Of a stretch of 64,000 nucleotides of DNA, positions 28,779-38,851 are shown one piece after another (position 1 is the stretch's first letter; every line of letters begins with the position of its first letter). The stretch is from assembly GCA_018715045.1 (NCBI GenBank), contig DVMH01000027.1:6306-70305 (forward strand), in the 5' to 3' direction. The notes beneath the pieces were generated by a model that was not told where the DNA came from, searched no databases, and saw nothing but the letters and a program-made list of their open reading frames with translations. The stretch comes from Candidatus Avidehalobacter gallistercoris. Its GTDB lineage: Bacteria > Bacillota > Dehalobacteriia > UBA4068 > UBA4997. The translations under genes and the position numbers were made by a program.

Positions 28779-30067
28779 TGTATAAAAACAATGATAAGCA
28801 GGAAATTCTGCGGCTGGCGAACGAGCTTATGCCAGGCGGTGTGAACAGCCCGGTGCGCGCTTTCCGTTCGGTTAACTGCCAGCCAGTTATTGTAGAGAGC
28901 GCCCAAGGCGCTCACGTCACCGATATTGAAGGCAAAACGTATATCGACTATGTCTGCTCCTACGGCCCCTTGATTTTCGGCCACACTCCAGATTGGCTGG
29001 TGGAGGAAATAACACAAGCTGCCGCCAAAGGAACAACTTATGGCTTTACTACGCCGCACGAGGTAGAACTGGCTGAAATTATCCGTGACGCCTACCCGGC
29101 CTGTGAGATGATGCGTATGGTAAACTCCGGCACCGAAGCCACCATGAGCGCCATTCGCGTGGCGCGCGCTTACACCGGGCGGGATAAAATTCTGAAGTTT
29201 GAAGGCTGTTATCACGGGCACAGTGACAGTCTGCTGGTGAAAAGCGGTAGTGGTCTTTTAACCCAGGGCGTACCCACCAGCCCCGGCGTTTTAGCCTCGC
29301 TGGTAGCGGAAACGCTGGTCTGCCCGTATAATGACGCGGCGGCGCTGGAAACCATGCTGGCCGCGCACCAGGGCGAAATCGCCTGCCTGATTATGGAGCC
29401 TGTGGCCGGGAATATGGGCGTGGTCGTACCGGCAGAGGGCTATTTGAAACGCGTCCGCGAGCTGTGTGATAAGTATGGTATAGTGCTGATATTCGACGAA
29501 GTAATAACCGGCTTCCGCGTGGACTATCACTCGGCAGCCGGCGTTTGGAACGTCACGCCCGATATGGTCTGCTTCGGTAAAATCATTGGCGGGGGGTTGC
29601 CCGTCGGCTGCTACGGCGGCCGGCGTGAGCTGATGGAGATGGTATCCCCTGTCGGCCCCGTCTATCAGGGCGGCACCCTTTCCGGCAATCCGCTGGCCAT
29701 GCGGGCAGGTATCGCGGCTCTTTCGCGTCTGCGTGATAACCCAGCCTATTACGAAACACTGCTGGCAAACACGTCATATCTGGACGAGGCGATAACCAAA
29801 CTCATCAAAAAACACAATATCCCCGCCGTCACATCGCGCTGCCGCACTATGTTCTGCCTGTTCTTCACACCGCAGCCCGTCACCTGCTATGCCGATGTAA
29901 TGACTTGCGATCTGGATATGTACCGGCGTTTCTTCGAGGGAATGCTCGCCTCAGGCGTGTTGCTGGCGCCCTCGCAGTTCGAGGCATGGTTCCCCTCGCT
30001 GGCGCATGACAAGGCCATTCTCGACGAGACTATTGCCGCGGTGGACAATGTTTTTGCCATGCTGTAG
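28778..30067 (+). CDS. hemL: glutamate-1-semialdehyde 2,1-aminomutase
   Basis: LMPGGVNSPVRAF signature. ATG overlaps the hemB stop (ATAATG). Confidence 0.9.
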   Translation: MYKNNDKQEILRLANELMPGGVNSPVRAFRSVNCQPVIVESAQGAHVTDIEGKTYIDYVCSYGPLIFGHTPDWLVEEITQAAAKGTTYGFTTPHEVELAEIIRDAYPACEMMRMVNSGTEATMSAIRVARAYTGRDKILKFEGCYHGHSDSLLVKSGSGLLTQGVPTSPGVLASLVAETLVCPYNDAAALETMLAAHQGEIACLIMEPVAGNMGVVVPAEGYLKRVRELCDKYGIVLIFDEVITGFRVDYHSAAGVWNVTPDMVCFGKIIGGGLPVGCYGGRRELMEMVSPVGPVYQGGTLSGNPLAMRAGIAALSRLRDNPAYYETLLANTSYLDEAITKLIKKHNIPAVTSRCRTMFCLFFTPQPVTCYADVMTCDLDMYRRFFEGMLASGVLLAPSQFEAWFPSLAHDKAILDETIAAVDNVFAML

Positions 30068-30089
30068 AAATAGAAAGGAGCATAAAAAA

Positions 30090-30866
30090 ATGACTGATTT
30101 GACTGCTAATCTGGTTAACATCGTAGGAGCAGGACCAGGCGACCCCGAGCTTATCACCGTGCGTGGTATGCATCTTTTGCAGGAAGCCGACGTAGTCATC
30201 TACGCCGGAAGCCTGGTAAACCCCAAACTGCTGGATTACTGCCACGCTGGCTGCGAGATTTTTGATTCTGCCGGCATGAATTTGGACGAAGTTATCGCCG
30301 TGATCAAAGACCGCCACGCTAAGGGCAAGCGCGTAGTGCGCCTGCACACTGGCGATCCCTCCATCTACGGCGCGATCCGCGAGCAAATTGATATTCTGGA
30401 GCAAGCCGCCATACCGTTTCGCGTCACACCGGGCGTAAGCTCGTTTTGTGCCGTAGCTGCCGCGCTGAAAAAGGAATACGTGCTACCGGAGGTCAGCCAA
30501 ACAGTGATCCTGACGCGCATGGAGGGGCGCACACCAGTGCCGGAGGCGGAAGATATCCGCAATCTCGCCAAAATTAACGCCACCATGATCATTTTCCTGA
30601 GCGTACATATGATCGATGAGCTGGTGAACCGCCTGCTCGAGGGTTACCCAGCCGACACACCCGCTGCTGTGGTATACAAAGCTTCCTGGCCGGAGGAAAA
30701 ACAGGTCGTAGGCACTTTAAGCGACATCGCACAGAAAGTGAAAGACGCCCAAATCGGCCGTACTGCGCTGGTCACCGTCGGGCGCTTTTTGGGCGACGAA
30801 TACGCACTTTCCAAGCTCTATGACAAAGGCTTCAGCCATGGCTATCGCAAGGCCAAGGTGGACTAA
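30090..30866 (+). CDS. cbiF: cobalt-precorrin-4 C11-methyltransferase
   Basis: VGAGPGDPELITVRG...HTGDPSIYGAI is CbiF-like. Start taken at the internal ATG at 30090. Confidence 0.85.
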   Translation: MTDLTANLVNIVGAGPGDPELITVRGMHLLQEADVVIYAGSLVNPKLLDYCHAGCEIFDSAGMNLDEVIAVIKDRHAKGKRVVRLHTGDPSIYGAIREQIDILEQAAIPFRVTPGVSSFCAVAAALKKEYVLPEVSQTVILTRMEGRTPVPEAEDIRNLAKINATMIIFLSVHMIDELVNRLLEGYPADTPAAVVYKASWPEEKQVVGTLSDIAQKVKDAQIGRTALVTVGRFLGDEYALSKLYDKGFSHGYRKAKVD

Positions 30867-30916
30867 CGCATTTGTCGGAAAAAGTGGTAAAAAAGGCTAA
30901 AAATTTTAATAAAACT

Positions 30917-30945
30917 GTTGACAAAACTCCCCGTATTGGATATAA
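30917..30945 (+). promoter_or_regulatory. perfect consensus sigma-70 promoter for the tRNA pair
   Basis: TTGACA (30917-30922), 17-nt spacer, TATAAT (30940-30945). Confidence 0.7.
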
Positions 30946-30984
30946 TAATTATTGCTTGTTGGGTATCACCGCAAGTGAGCATAT

Positions 30985-31059
30985 TCCTCGATAGCTCAAC
31001 GGTAGAGCACTCGGCTGTTAACCGAGGGGTTGTTGGTTCGAATCCAACTCGGGGAGCCA
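30985..31059 (+). tRNA. tRNA-Asn (anticodon GTT), CCA encoded
   Basis: Cloverleaf drawn by hand. Acceptor stem tcctcga/tcgggga with one G-U pair. D arm gctc...gagc. Anticodon stem ctcgg/ccgag with loop ctGTTaa. T arm gttggttcgaatccaac. Confidence 0.8.
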
Positions 31060-31107
31060 TATAGTTAAAGCAACTGCTCTTTCCGAACAGTTGCTTTAAT
31101 TATACCC

Positions 31108-31184
31108 GGGCCATTAGCTCAGTTGGTTAGAGCCACCGGCTCATAACCGGTCGGTCTCAGGTTCGAGTCCTGAATGGCCCACCA
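31108..31184 (+). tRNA. tRNA with CAT anticodon (elongator Met or Ile2-lysidine type), CCA encoded
   Basis: Acceptor stem gggccat/atggccc. D arm tagctcagttggttagagc. Anticodon stem accgg/ccggt with loop ctCATaa. T arm aggttcgagtcct. Confidence 0.8.
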
Positions 31185-31187
31185 TAA

Positions 31188-31218
31188 TAAAAGCCTCCGC
31201 TTTGCGGAGGCTTTTATT
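31188..31218. terminator. bidirectional rho-independent terminator between the tRNA pair and the vanZ-like gene
   Basis: aaagcctccgc-tttg-cggaggcttt with A-rich and T-rich flanks. Confidence 0.65.
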
Positions 31219-31264
31219 ATGGTGGCATTATTCAAAACCAGAACTGCGCCTGAATGGCTATACC

Positions 31265-31876
31265 CTATAACACCGCCTGCCAGAGCAGCCCCACCAGCGG
31301 CGGCTGCAAAAACATCATTACGGCCAGCACCAAACCCGCCAGCAGCCAAAGCTCCCGCAGCTGGCTGTCCGCCCGCCACGGCAACAGACGCGCCAAGCCA
31401 AAGCCGATGACCGCGCCCAGCGTATTGGTAATTAAATCGTTAATATCGCTGGCACGGAAGGTGAATATCTGCAAAATTTCAATTAAGCCGGAAAACGCCA
31501 GCGCCAGCAACGCCATATGCTTCAGACGGCGCAAATCCGGCCAAAGCAGCGGCGCCAGCAGCCCCAGCGGCACAAACAGCAGCACGTTCAATGCCGCGTT
31601 TTTCACGTCTGCCGCCATACCGGCAAACGGCAGTATATTTAAGTTCAGTTCCCAATGAAAATTGCCGATCCCTGGCAGCCCCACCAGCGCGCACACCGCC
31701 GCCAGATAACAGGCGAACATAAAATAGCCCGCCGTTTTACGCAAATCATGCCAATAAACTGCGTTAATAACCAGCAGCATCGGCAACAGAATAACCGCCG
31801 CAGCGCCCATTTCCAAGGCAGCCGCCCCAATTCTATACATATAAAAGCCCTCCACAAAACACATCACATCAAGCAA
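31265..31876 (-). CDS. VanZ-family membrane protein
   Basis: Multi-TM protein with VanZ-like LNILPF...NVLLFVPLG motifs. Start codon uncertain. Confidence 0.6.
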   Translation of the reverse strand: MLDVMCFVEGFYMYRIGAAALEMGAAAVILLPMLLVINAVYWHDLRKTAGYFMFACYLAAVCALVGLPGIGNFHWELNLNILPFAGMAADVKNAALNVLLFVPLGLLAPLLWPDLRRLKHMALLALAFSGLIEILQIFTFRASDINDLITNTLGAVIGFGLARLLPWRADSQLRELWLLAGLVLAVMMFLQPPLVGLLWQAVL

Positions 31877-31912
31877 AAAATGGTCTGCTCCACGGAACAG
31901 ACCATTCTCTAT

Positions 31913-33208
31913 TTAATCCAGATAATCTTTCAGCTTCTTGCTGCGGCTGGGGTGACGCAGCTTACGCAGAGCCTTTGCTTCGATTTGACGGATACGCTCG
32001 CGCGTTACACCAAAATAATTACCAACTTCCTCCAGAGTGCGGGCTCGTCCATCATTTAAGCCGAAACGCAGCTGCAAAACCTTTTTCTCACGCGGGGTCA
32101 GAGTGTCCAGCACATCGTCTAGCTGTTCACGCAACAGGAAGAATGAAGCTGCCTCTGCCGGAGCCAACGCTTCTTCGTCCTCAATGAAGTCACCAAGATG
32201 GCTGTCCTCCTCCTCACCGATCGGTGTTTCCAGCGAAACCGGCTCCTGCGATATTTTGGAAATCTCGCGTACCCTATCCACGCTGACGCCCATACGCTTG
32301 GCGATCTCCTCTGGCAAAGGATCCCGCCCCAACTCCTGAATCAACTGCCGCTGCACGCGATTCAGCTTGTTGATCGTCTCTACCATATGAACGGGAATAC
32401 GGATCGTACGCGCCTGGTCAGCGATAGCGCGGGTGATAGCCTGGCGGATCCACCATGTCGCGTACGTGGAAAATTTGTAACCTTTGCGGTAGTCAAATTT
32501 CTCCACCGCTTTGATCAGCCCCAGATTGCCCTCCTGAATTAAATCAAGAAACAGCATACCACGCCCCACATAGCGTTTAGCAATGCTGACCACCAACCGC
32601 AGGTTAGACTCAATCAGGCGGCGCTTGGCCACCTCGTCGCCGTCCTCCATCGCCTGAGCCAGATTGACCTCCTCCTGCGCGGAAAGCAGATGAACGCGTC
32701 CGATTTCTTTCAAATACATACGCACCGGGTCATCAATAGCCACGCCGTCAGGCACAGAAAAGTCAACGTCCTCCAGCACGTCGTCCTGCTCAAGCTTCTT
32801 AAGCTCCGCCTCATCCGGCTCCTCTTCCTCGACAGCTTCATTCACCAGCTCCACACCATGCTGTGCCAGAATATCGTAGATATCCTCCATATCCTGCACA
32901 GAGAGCTCGTAATCGCCGAAAACCTCCAGCACTCCGCCGACAGTCACCTCGGTATGATTTTTCAAAACATCGTCCAGCCGTGCAGCCAGCTCTTTTTTGC
33001 TTAGCGTGGCGGCAATAGGCGCGTCAATATTCTCCGGCAAGTCGGCCAAATCAGACTCCGCTGTGAAATCCACCTCGTCCACACCCTCCGCCGAAATGGC
33101 AGCCAGTTCCTCATCGGTCGGAGCCAGTTCCTCCACATCTGCCGTCAAAATCTCGGCCAACGGTTCAGCCACAGTATTGGTTGGCTTTTTCTTATTCGTT
33201 GCAGTCAA
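31913..33208 (-). CDS. rpoD: RNA polymerase sigma factor RpoD/SigA
   Basis: Regions 1.2 through 4 are conserved ([55 protein letters not shown]). Confidence 0.95.
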   Translation of the reverse strand: MTATNKKKPTNTVAEPLAEILTADVEELAPTDEELAAISAEGVDEVDFTAESDLADLPENIDAPIAATLSKKELAARLDDVLKNHTEVTVGGVLEVFGDYELSVQDMEDIYDILAQHGVELVNEAVEEEEPDEAELKKLEQDDVLEDVDFSVPDGVAIDDPVRMYLKEIGRVHLLSAQEEVNLAQAMEDGDEVAKRRLIESNLRLVVSIAKRYVGRGMLFLDLIQEGNLGLIKAVEKFDYRKGYKFSTYATWWIRQAITRAIADQARTIRIPVHMVETINKLNRVQRQLIQELGRDPLPEEIAKRMGVSVDRVREISKISQEPVSLETPIGEEEDSHLGDFIEDEEALAPAEAASFFLLREQLDDVLDTLTPREKKVLQLRFGLNDGRARTLEEVGNYFGVTRERIRQIEAKALRKLRHPSRSKKLKDYLD

Positions 33209-33283
33209 TGAACAAACCTCTTTCCATAAAAACGCTTTGGCAGCCCAAAGCCTTCCCCAAACAACCTGCTTCCATATTAAATG

Positions 33284-35062
33284 CTAAAAGCTTCTGAGCT
33301 CTCTGATTTGGCGCTCCAGCCCGGCAATCTCCCGCAGCAGCCCTGCCGTCTGGTGAGGATCCGCCGCAGTCAGCCCACTTCTCAGCTTACCCAGCTGCTG
33401 CTGCAAACGCTCGATTTTAATCGCGCGAATACAACCATCGGCCAGCTCCGGCATTTTGGCAGGATCCACATCGGCCTGCACCATGCGCAGCAAAAGCTGA
33501 TATGCCGCCCCCTCGTTCAGATAACTGAACAGACTGGCTGGACGCCAATCGTATTTTTCTTTTATATTCTGTACCAAATGCAATAATTCCTGCAAAGCCG
33601 GGCTTTCTGCAAAATTTTCTCCCAATTCCGACAGTGTTCGCTCAAAAATATCGCGATTACACAGCATAAAGAACAGCAAATTCGCTTGTGTGCGCGAAAC
33701 CTCTGCCGGGGCTTCGCGCATATCGCCATAGGAAGGCTTGGATACCGGACGCGGTTTCTCCTGATATTTTTTCGGACGCAGCTCGGTATAAATTGTTTCC
33801 GGCGAAACGCTCACCGCCCGCGCCAACAGGTTAACGACGCTTTCGACCTCCACCGCGTCAGTACATTCGTTCAGATAGGGCTTAAGCGCCTGCACCGCCG
33901 CCACCTTGCCGGGAACGCCACTCACATCATGTTCTGCCAGCGCCTTGTTCAATTTGTGCTGCCAGAAATCTACTGTTTGGTTATCCGCCAGCTTGTCCCA
34001 CTCAATTTTGCCGTATTTATGCAGAAACTCGTCAGGATCAAGATTATCCGGCAACGTCAACAACCGCACGTCAAATCCTGCCAAGTGCAGCATATCCATA
34101 GCCCTGTCCGCAGCGTTCACTCCGGCGCTGTCGCCGTCATAGACCAACAGCACGCGCGTGGTATACCGCCGCAGCAGCCTGATATGATCTTCAGTGAACG
34201 CTGTTCCAAGAGACGCAATAGCGTTGGTCACGCCGAACTGGTGCGCCGCCAGCACGTCCATATACCCCTCCATCAGCACCACCCTGTCCTCCTTGCGGAT
34301 AGCGGAAGCCGCCTGAAACAAGCCGTACAAATTCTGTGATTTATGAAAATAATACGTCTCCGGCGAGTTCAGGTATTTCGGCTGGCCGTCGCCCATCATC
34401 CGTCCGCCGAACGCCACCACTTGACCGCGGTAATCATAGATTGGGAAGATCAGGCGATGATGAAACTTATCAAAAAAGCCAGCGCTGGCCTCGCGGCGGC
34501 TTATTAGCCCGGCCGCCTCCAACTCAGCAAACTCAAAGCCCTGAGCCAGCAACGCTTTGGCCGCGCCGTCCCAGCCGTCCGAAAGTCCCAGTCCAAAACG
34601 CTGCGCCACTTCCGGGGCAAGCGCACGTTCCACAAGATACTCCCGCGCCGCGCGTCCGGCCTCACTCCACATTGTACGGTAATAGTGCGTGGCCGCCGCT
34701 TTCATTAAATTAAAATAGCGCCGCCTTTTCTGCATGGCTGCCGTTTCCTCCGGCGTCGCCTGCTCGCGCGGCATTTCCAACCCCACCATGCCAGCAGCTT
34801 TCTCCACCGCCTCAGGGAAGCTCAAACCCTCAATCTCCATCAGAAACTTCAGCGCATTGCCGCCCTTGTGGCAGCCGAAGCAATAGAATATCTGCTTCTG
34901 CGGCGAGACGCTGAATGACGGAGTTTTCTCATTATGAAACGGGCAGAGACCGACCAGATTGCGCCCCTGTTTCTTCAGCGAGACGTAATTGGATACGACG
35001 TCCGCCACGTCCAAGCGCGCGTTGACCTCCGCCACAAATTCTTCCGGAATCATTCTTGCCAC
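33284..35062 (-). CDS. dnaG: DNA primase
   Basis: Zinc ribbon CPFHNEKTPSFSVSPQKQIFYCFGC, TOPRIM domain and a C-terminal helicase-binding region. Confidence 0.95.
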   Translation of the reverse strand: MARMIPEEFVAEVNARLDVADVVSNYVSLKKQGRNLVGLCPFHNEKTPSFSVSPQKQIFYCFGCHKGGNALKFLMEIEGLSFPEAVEKAAGMVGLEMPREQATPEETAAMQKRRRYFNLMKAAATHYYRTMWSEAGRAAREYLVERALAPEVAQRFGLGLSDGWDGAAKALLAQGFEFAELEAAGLISRREASAGFFDKFHHRLIFPIYDYRGQVVAFGGRMMGDGQPKYLNSPETYYFHKSQNLYGLFQAASAIRKEDRVVLMEGYMDVLAAHQFGVTNAIASLGTAFTEDHIRLLRRYTTRVLLVYDGDSAGVNAADRAMDMLHLAGFDVRLLTLPDNLDPDEFLHKYGKIEWDKLADNQTVDFWQHKLNKALAEHDVSGVPGKVAAVQALKPYLNECTDAVEVESVVNLLARAVSVSPETIYTELRPKKYQEKPRPVSKPSYGDMREAPAEVSRTQANLLFFMLCNRDIFERTLSELGENFAESPALQELLHLVQNIKEKYDWRPASLFSYLNEGAAYQLLLRMVQADVDPAKMPELADGCIRAIKIERLQQQLGKLRSGLTAADPHQTAGLLREIAGLERQIRELRSF

Positions 35063-35241
35063 CAGCTACTCTCCCCGCCGTTACTATCTGCCCAAAGCGC
35101 TTTTGTTTATCGCCCAAAAGTATTCGCCGCGCGGTGGGCATTATCCTTTTTTCCGCACGACAGTCAAGGCGCAGGCAGCCTGTTCGTCGGTATATGTTGC
35201 CCAAACCGCCGCCAAAATATACCAATTATACCAGCCGCCTG

Positions 35242-36207
35242 CTATATGCCTAAGCCTGCAAATAATTTCATCGCATAGGAATCCGACATACCCGCAATAT
35301 AATCGCAGGCAGCACGGCGTACATCGCCAAGACGCAACAGCTCCGGCGGCAGCAGCTCCGGCCGGCTCACAAAATGGTCGAAAGCATAATTCAGCTTCTC
35401 TTTCAGAATCTCCTCCTGTCGAATGGCCTGCGGCGTGCGGTATACCCGTTCAAACAGGAAGTTCCGCAGCTCGTCCATTGCCTGCGCCTCACGCTGGTTC
35501 ATGCGAATACCGCATAGATCCTGCGACGCTTCAATAACGGAAAGTACCATCGCGTTAATACGCTTGCTGTTGGTGGCTCCCAGCACCGCCACCGCATTCT
35601 GCGGCAGCTCGCCAGCGCGGATCAGCCCCGCTCGCATCGCATCGTCGGTGTCGTGGTTCACATAGGCCATGCGGTCAGCCAGCTGAACCAATTCACCCTC
35701 CAGAGTCAGGTTTTTCAACCCGCCAGAATGATGCAATATGCCGTCGCGCACCTCAAACGTCAGGTTCAGACCCTGACCTTCCTTTTCCAGCACGTCCACA
35801 ACACGCAGACTTTGCTCGTTATGGCGAAAGCTGCCGTATATCTCGTTCAGCGCCCTCTCGCCGGCATGGCCGAAAGGAGTATGCCCCAAATCGTGCCCGA
35901 GAGCGATGGCCTCAGTCAAGTCCTCGTTCAGGCATAAAGCGCGGGCAATCGTGCGCGCAATCTGCATAACCTCCAGCGTATGCGTAAGACGCGTGCGGTA
36001 ATGATCACCGTCCGGCGCGATGAACACTTGCGTTTTCATCTTCAGCCGCCGAAAACTTTTGCAGTGGATAATACGGTCGCGGTCACGCTGAAAACAGGTA
36101 CGCACAGGCGATTCCGTCTCCTGCTGGCGCCGCCCCCGGCTGTTTGCAGCATGCGTGGCCTCCGGCGCCAGCAGCACCGCCTCTCTCTCAAAAGCGTCTT
36201 TCAGCAT
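35242..36207 (-). CDS. dgt: dGTP triphosphohydrolase-like HD-domain protein
   Basis: HD motif RLTHTLEVMQIARTIA...GHDLGHTPFGH. Start at the ATG at 36207, preceded by ggggaggg. Confidence 0.8.
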   Translation of the reverse strand: MLKDAFEREAVLLAPEATHAANSRGRRQQETESPVRTCFQRDRDRIIHCKSFRRLKMKTQVFIAPDGDHYRTRLTHTLEVMQIARTIARALCLNEDLTEAIALGHDLGHTPFGHAGERALNEIYGSFRHNEQSLRVVDVLEKEGQGLNLTFEVRDGILHHSGGLKNLTLEGELVQLADRMAYVNHDTDDAMRAGLIRAGELPQNAVAVLGATNSKRINAMVLSVIEASQDLCGIRMNQREAQAMDELRNFLFERVYRTPQAIRQEEILKEKLNYAFDHFVSRPELLPPELLRLGDVRRAACDYIAGMSDSYAMKLFAGLGI

Positions 36208-36301
36208 GATAAACCCTCCCCGGCGCAACTGCGCCCACTGTTTTATCGAGAGTTTTCGCCAAAGAAGCAGCTATTTCCTGCCACACCGACTAAATCTGGC
36301 G

Positions 36302-36709
36302 CTAGCGTTTGTCAGGCAGGCGTTTGCCCGCCATAAAAGCCTGAAAATCCGCCTCGCTGATCACATATTTGCGCCCAACGCGGCTACTCTTAAGCTCGCC
36401 GCTTTTCACCAGCTCGCTGATATAGGCATAGCTTAGAGATAGCTTTGCCATCAGCTGGCGTATGGTGTAACCGTCCTCACCCCCGCCCGCAGCCCGGCGC
36501 TGGCAAAACTCCTCCGCCTGCCCGCGTTCGATAAAAAACCGTCTGCCAATGCGATAGGCGCTGATTTCACCCAAATCAATCGCCCGCTTCACAGTACCAT
36601 AGCTAACGCCAGCAGCTTTCGCCACCTCCGCCGGGGATAGATAGTCACGCAGCGTATCATTGCCGCACTGATTTTTTTTGTCAATTTCTGTCATTGTTAA
36701 ACCCTCCAA
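36302..36709 (-). CDS. tandem helix-turn-helix (excisionase/MerR-like HTH_17 x2) DNA-binding protein
   Basis: Two repeats of the xxEVAKxxGVSxxTVxRxIxxGEIxAYRIGRR-like HTH motif. RBS ggaggg lies 6 nt before the ATG. Confidence 0.6.
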   Translation of the reverse strand: MEGLTMTEIDKKNQCGNDTLRDYLSPAEVAKAAGVSYGTVKRAIDLGEISAYRIGRRFFIERGQAEEFCQRRAAGGGEDGYTIRQLMAKLSLSYAYISELVKSGELKSSRVGRKYVISEADFQAFMAGKRLPDKR

Positions 36710-36850
36710 GCTGTGCTTTTCTGCTTACAATTTATGAGCAGAGCATTGTATTTAGACTGGCATATTTGCATTTTCAGCGCATTTATGCTAGAATATATCT
36801 GTTCTGGCCGTCACAGGCCACCATCATTCAGCTGAAAGGAGGCGTTTATT

Positions 36851-37396
36851 TTGACGCCGATTAAAGCCACGGCCTCGCATAAGAATCTGGCTAGCGAGGA
36901 TACTCATCTGGTGCGGGAATACCGCACTCTGGTAGACGATTTGCTTGCTGCTCCGGAATTTGCCCAACTGGCCGATTGCCGCCATCATAAAATGAACCGC
37001 CGCCAGCACGCGCTGAACGTATCATGGTATGCCTTTCTGCTCGCCCGCCGTTGCCGAATGGATGTGGCAGCCTGTGCGCGCAGCGGCCTGCTGCATGATT
37101 TATACTATTATAACTTCCGCGACGAGGACTGCGGTAAAAGCGAACATATCAAAAACCACCCGCGGCTGGCGTTGGAAAATGCCAGGGCGCTGACCAACCT
37201 TTCCAGCCGTGAGGAGGATATTATTTTAAACCATATGTGGCCGATGAGTGTAGAGCGCCGACTTCACTTCAAGGAAACATATCTGGTGGCCTGCATCGAC
37301 AAAATGTGTTGTCTGTTGGAGCTTTTCGCCGTGGCATGGCAGGGCAGCAAACGCGGCGCCCGGCGTGTCTGGCAGAATCTGCGCGGCCAAAACTAA
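36851..37396 (+). CDS. HD-domain phosphohydrolase
   Basis: H...RRQHALNVSW and GLLHDL metal-binding motifs. TTG start with a ggagg RBS. Confidence 0.6.
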   Translation: MTPIKATASHKNLASEDTHLVREYRTLVDDLLAAPEFAQLADCRHHKMNRRQHALNVSWYAFLLARRCRMDVAACARSGLLHDLYYYNFRDEDCGKSEHIKNHPRLALENARALTNLSSREEDIILNHMWPMSVERRLHFKETYLVACIDKMCCLLELFAVAWQGSKRGARRVWQNLRGQN

Positions 37397-37402
37397 GCCT
37401 TA

Positions 37403-37431
37403 CCCCCGCGCCTCGCGGGGCATTTTTTTTT
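37403..37431 (+). terminator. rho-independent terminator after the HD-domain gene
   Basis: ccccgcg-cctc-gcgggg followed by ca plus T9. Confidence 0.7.
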
Positions 37432-37444
37432 GAGGAGGCACGCC

Positions 37445-38296
37445 ATGTCCCCCAAGATAGACGCCACCCGGCAGAATTTTGCCGCCATGCGAACGGTTCT
37501 GCTCTGTCCAGTCTGCAATAAGCGCTTAAATCTTTCTGGAAACAGCTTTCGCTGCCCGTCCGGGCATTGCTTTGATCTTTCAGCCAAAAATTATCTTAAC
37601 CTGGCGCCGCATTTGAAACCCCCCGCACTCTACGACGAGCGGCTTTTTGCCGCCCGCCGCGCCGTATTTGCCGCCGGATTTTACGCGCCGTTAGCCGAAG
37701 CGCTGATTGAGCAGGCGCTGGCGTTTCAACAAAAGGTTGGCCGTTCCATAACTGTGCTGGATGCTGGCTGCGGCGAGGGCTATTTTGCCGCGGCAATGCT
37801 TAACGCGTTGGGCAGTGATAAATGTGAAATGCTGGCGCTGGATCTGGCAAAACCCGGCCTGCTGCTGGCCGCCCGCCTCTGCCGAGAGCTGAAGTGCCTG
37901 TTGGCCGATTTGGCACGGCTGCCCGTTCCTGACAACTCGCTTGATATCATCTTGAACGTGCTTTCTCCCGCTAACTATCAGGAATTTCGGCGGGTACTGC
38001 ATCCCGGCGGTTTGCTGTTGAAAATCGCCCCCGGTGCGGACTATCTACAGGAGGTGCGTCAGGCGTTTAATCTGCCGCCCGGTGAAAAAAGCGAAGCGGA
38101 AAAACTGCTCGCCGCCGCCGCCAGCACTTACAGTGCGGCTGATCTACGCTATACAAAACACGTCACCAGCGAACAGAGGAAGGCTTTACTGGCTATGAGC
38201 CCTCTCGCCGGTCATCATACCGCACCCAAAGCAGATTTCACTGAGGTGACGATTGATTTGCAGATTTTAATCGCACAGTTTGGCGCGGATTATTGA
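37445..38296 (+). CDS. rlmA: 23S rRNA (guanine745-N1)-methyltransferase
   Basis: N-terminal Zn ribbon LCPVC...RCPSGHCFD followed by a SAM-methyltransferase motif VLDAGCGEGYF. RBS gaggagg. Confidence 0.8.
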   Translation: MSPKIDATRQNFAAMRTVLLCPVCNKRLNLSGNSFRCPSGHCFDLSAKNYLNLAPHLKPPALYDERLFAARRAVFAAGFYAPLAEALIEQALAFQQKVGRSITVLDAGCGEGYFAAAMLNALGSDKCEMLALDLAKPGLLLAARLCRELKCLLADLARLPVPDNSLDIILNVLSPANYQEFRRVLHPGGLLLKIAPGADYLQEVRQAFNLPPGEKSEAEKLLAAAASTYSAADLRYTKHVTSEQRKALLAMSPLAGHHTAPKADFTEVTIDLQILIAQFGADY

Positions 38297-38423
38297 GGTT
38301 CTGATAGAGCTTTCCATTTTATTATGATCTGAGTAATTTTGCGTGAAAAAGTATTATCCGAGCCGCCGAAGTAAGCAGCCCAGGACAGAGTATTTGCCTT
38401 ATCTATTGGCACAAAACCGCATG

Positions 38424-38466
38424 AGAAAAGCGGCCTGATTGCTATCAGGCCGCTTCTTTTTCTTTT
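38424..38466. terminator. bidirectional rho-independent terminator. Serves trxA on the minus strand and possibly rlmA on the plus strand
   Basis: aaaagcggcctgat-tgct-atcaggccgctt-ctttttctttt. Confidence 0.65.
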
Positions 38467-38473
38467 GAACAGT

Positions 38474-38794
38474 TTATTTCAAAAGTTCCTCCACCGCGTC
38501 ACGCGATTTAAAGCCAATGGTGGAATTAACCTGCTTGCCGTTGCGATAAACAATCAGCGTGGGAATCGTATCCACACCGAAACGCCGTGCCAGATCTTCC
38601 TCCTCGTCGATATTGATCTTGCCAACGGTAAGTTCCTTGCCGTCCGCCTCCCAGGCCGCATCCACCTGCTGCAATACAGGCTCAATCATGCGGCAGTAAC
38701 CGCACCACGGCGCCCAAAAATCAAGCAGCACCGTGCCCGGAGCCTGCTCCACCTCCGCCGCGAAGTTTTCGGCAGTAATCATTACTTCTGCCAT
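38474..38794 (-). CDS. trxA: thioredoxin with the atypical active site WCGYC
   Basis: 106-aa thioredoxin fold. FWAPWCGYCRMIEPVL in place of the canonical WCGPCK. Confidence 0.85.
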   Translation of the reverse strand: MAEVMITAENFAAEVEQAPGTVLLDFWAPWCGYCRMIEPVLQQVDAAWEADGKELTVGKINIDEEEDLARRFGVDTIPTLIVYRNGKQVNSTIGFKSRDAVEELLK

Positions 38795-38851
38795 AAAAAT
38801 CAGCTCCTTTCAGCTTTTCTGCAATATTTAATATAGCCGCCGCGCCGTCAA

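Noticed and set aside
31067-31098. Terminator between the two tRNA genes
   Set aside because: The hairpin aaagcaactg...cagttgcttt lacks a proper T-run. It is more likely a processing or spacer structure, since both tRNAs share the upstream consensus promoter.
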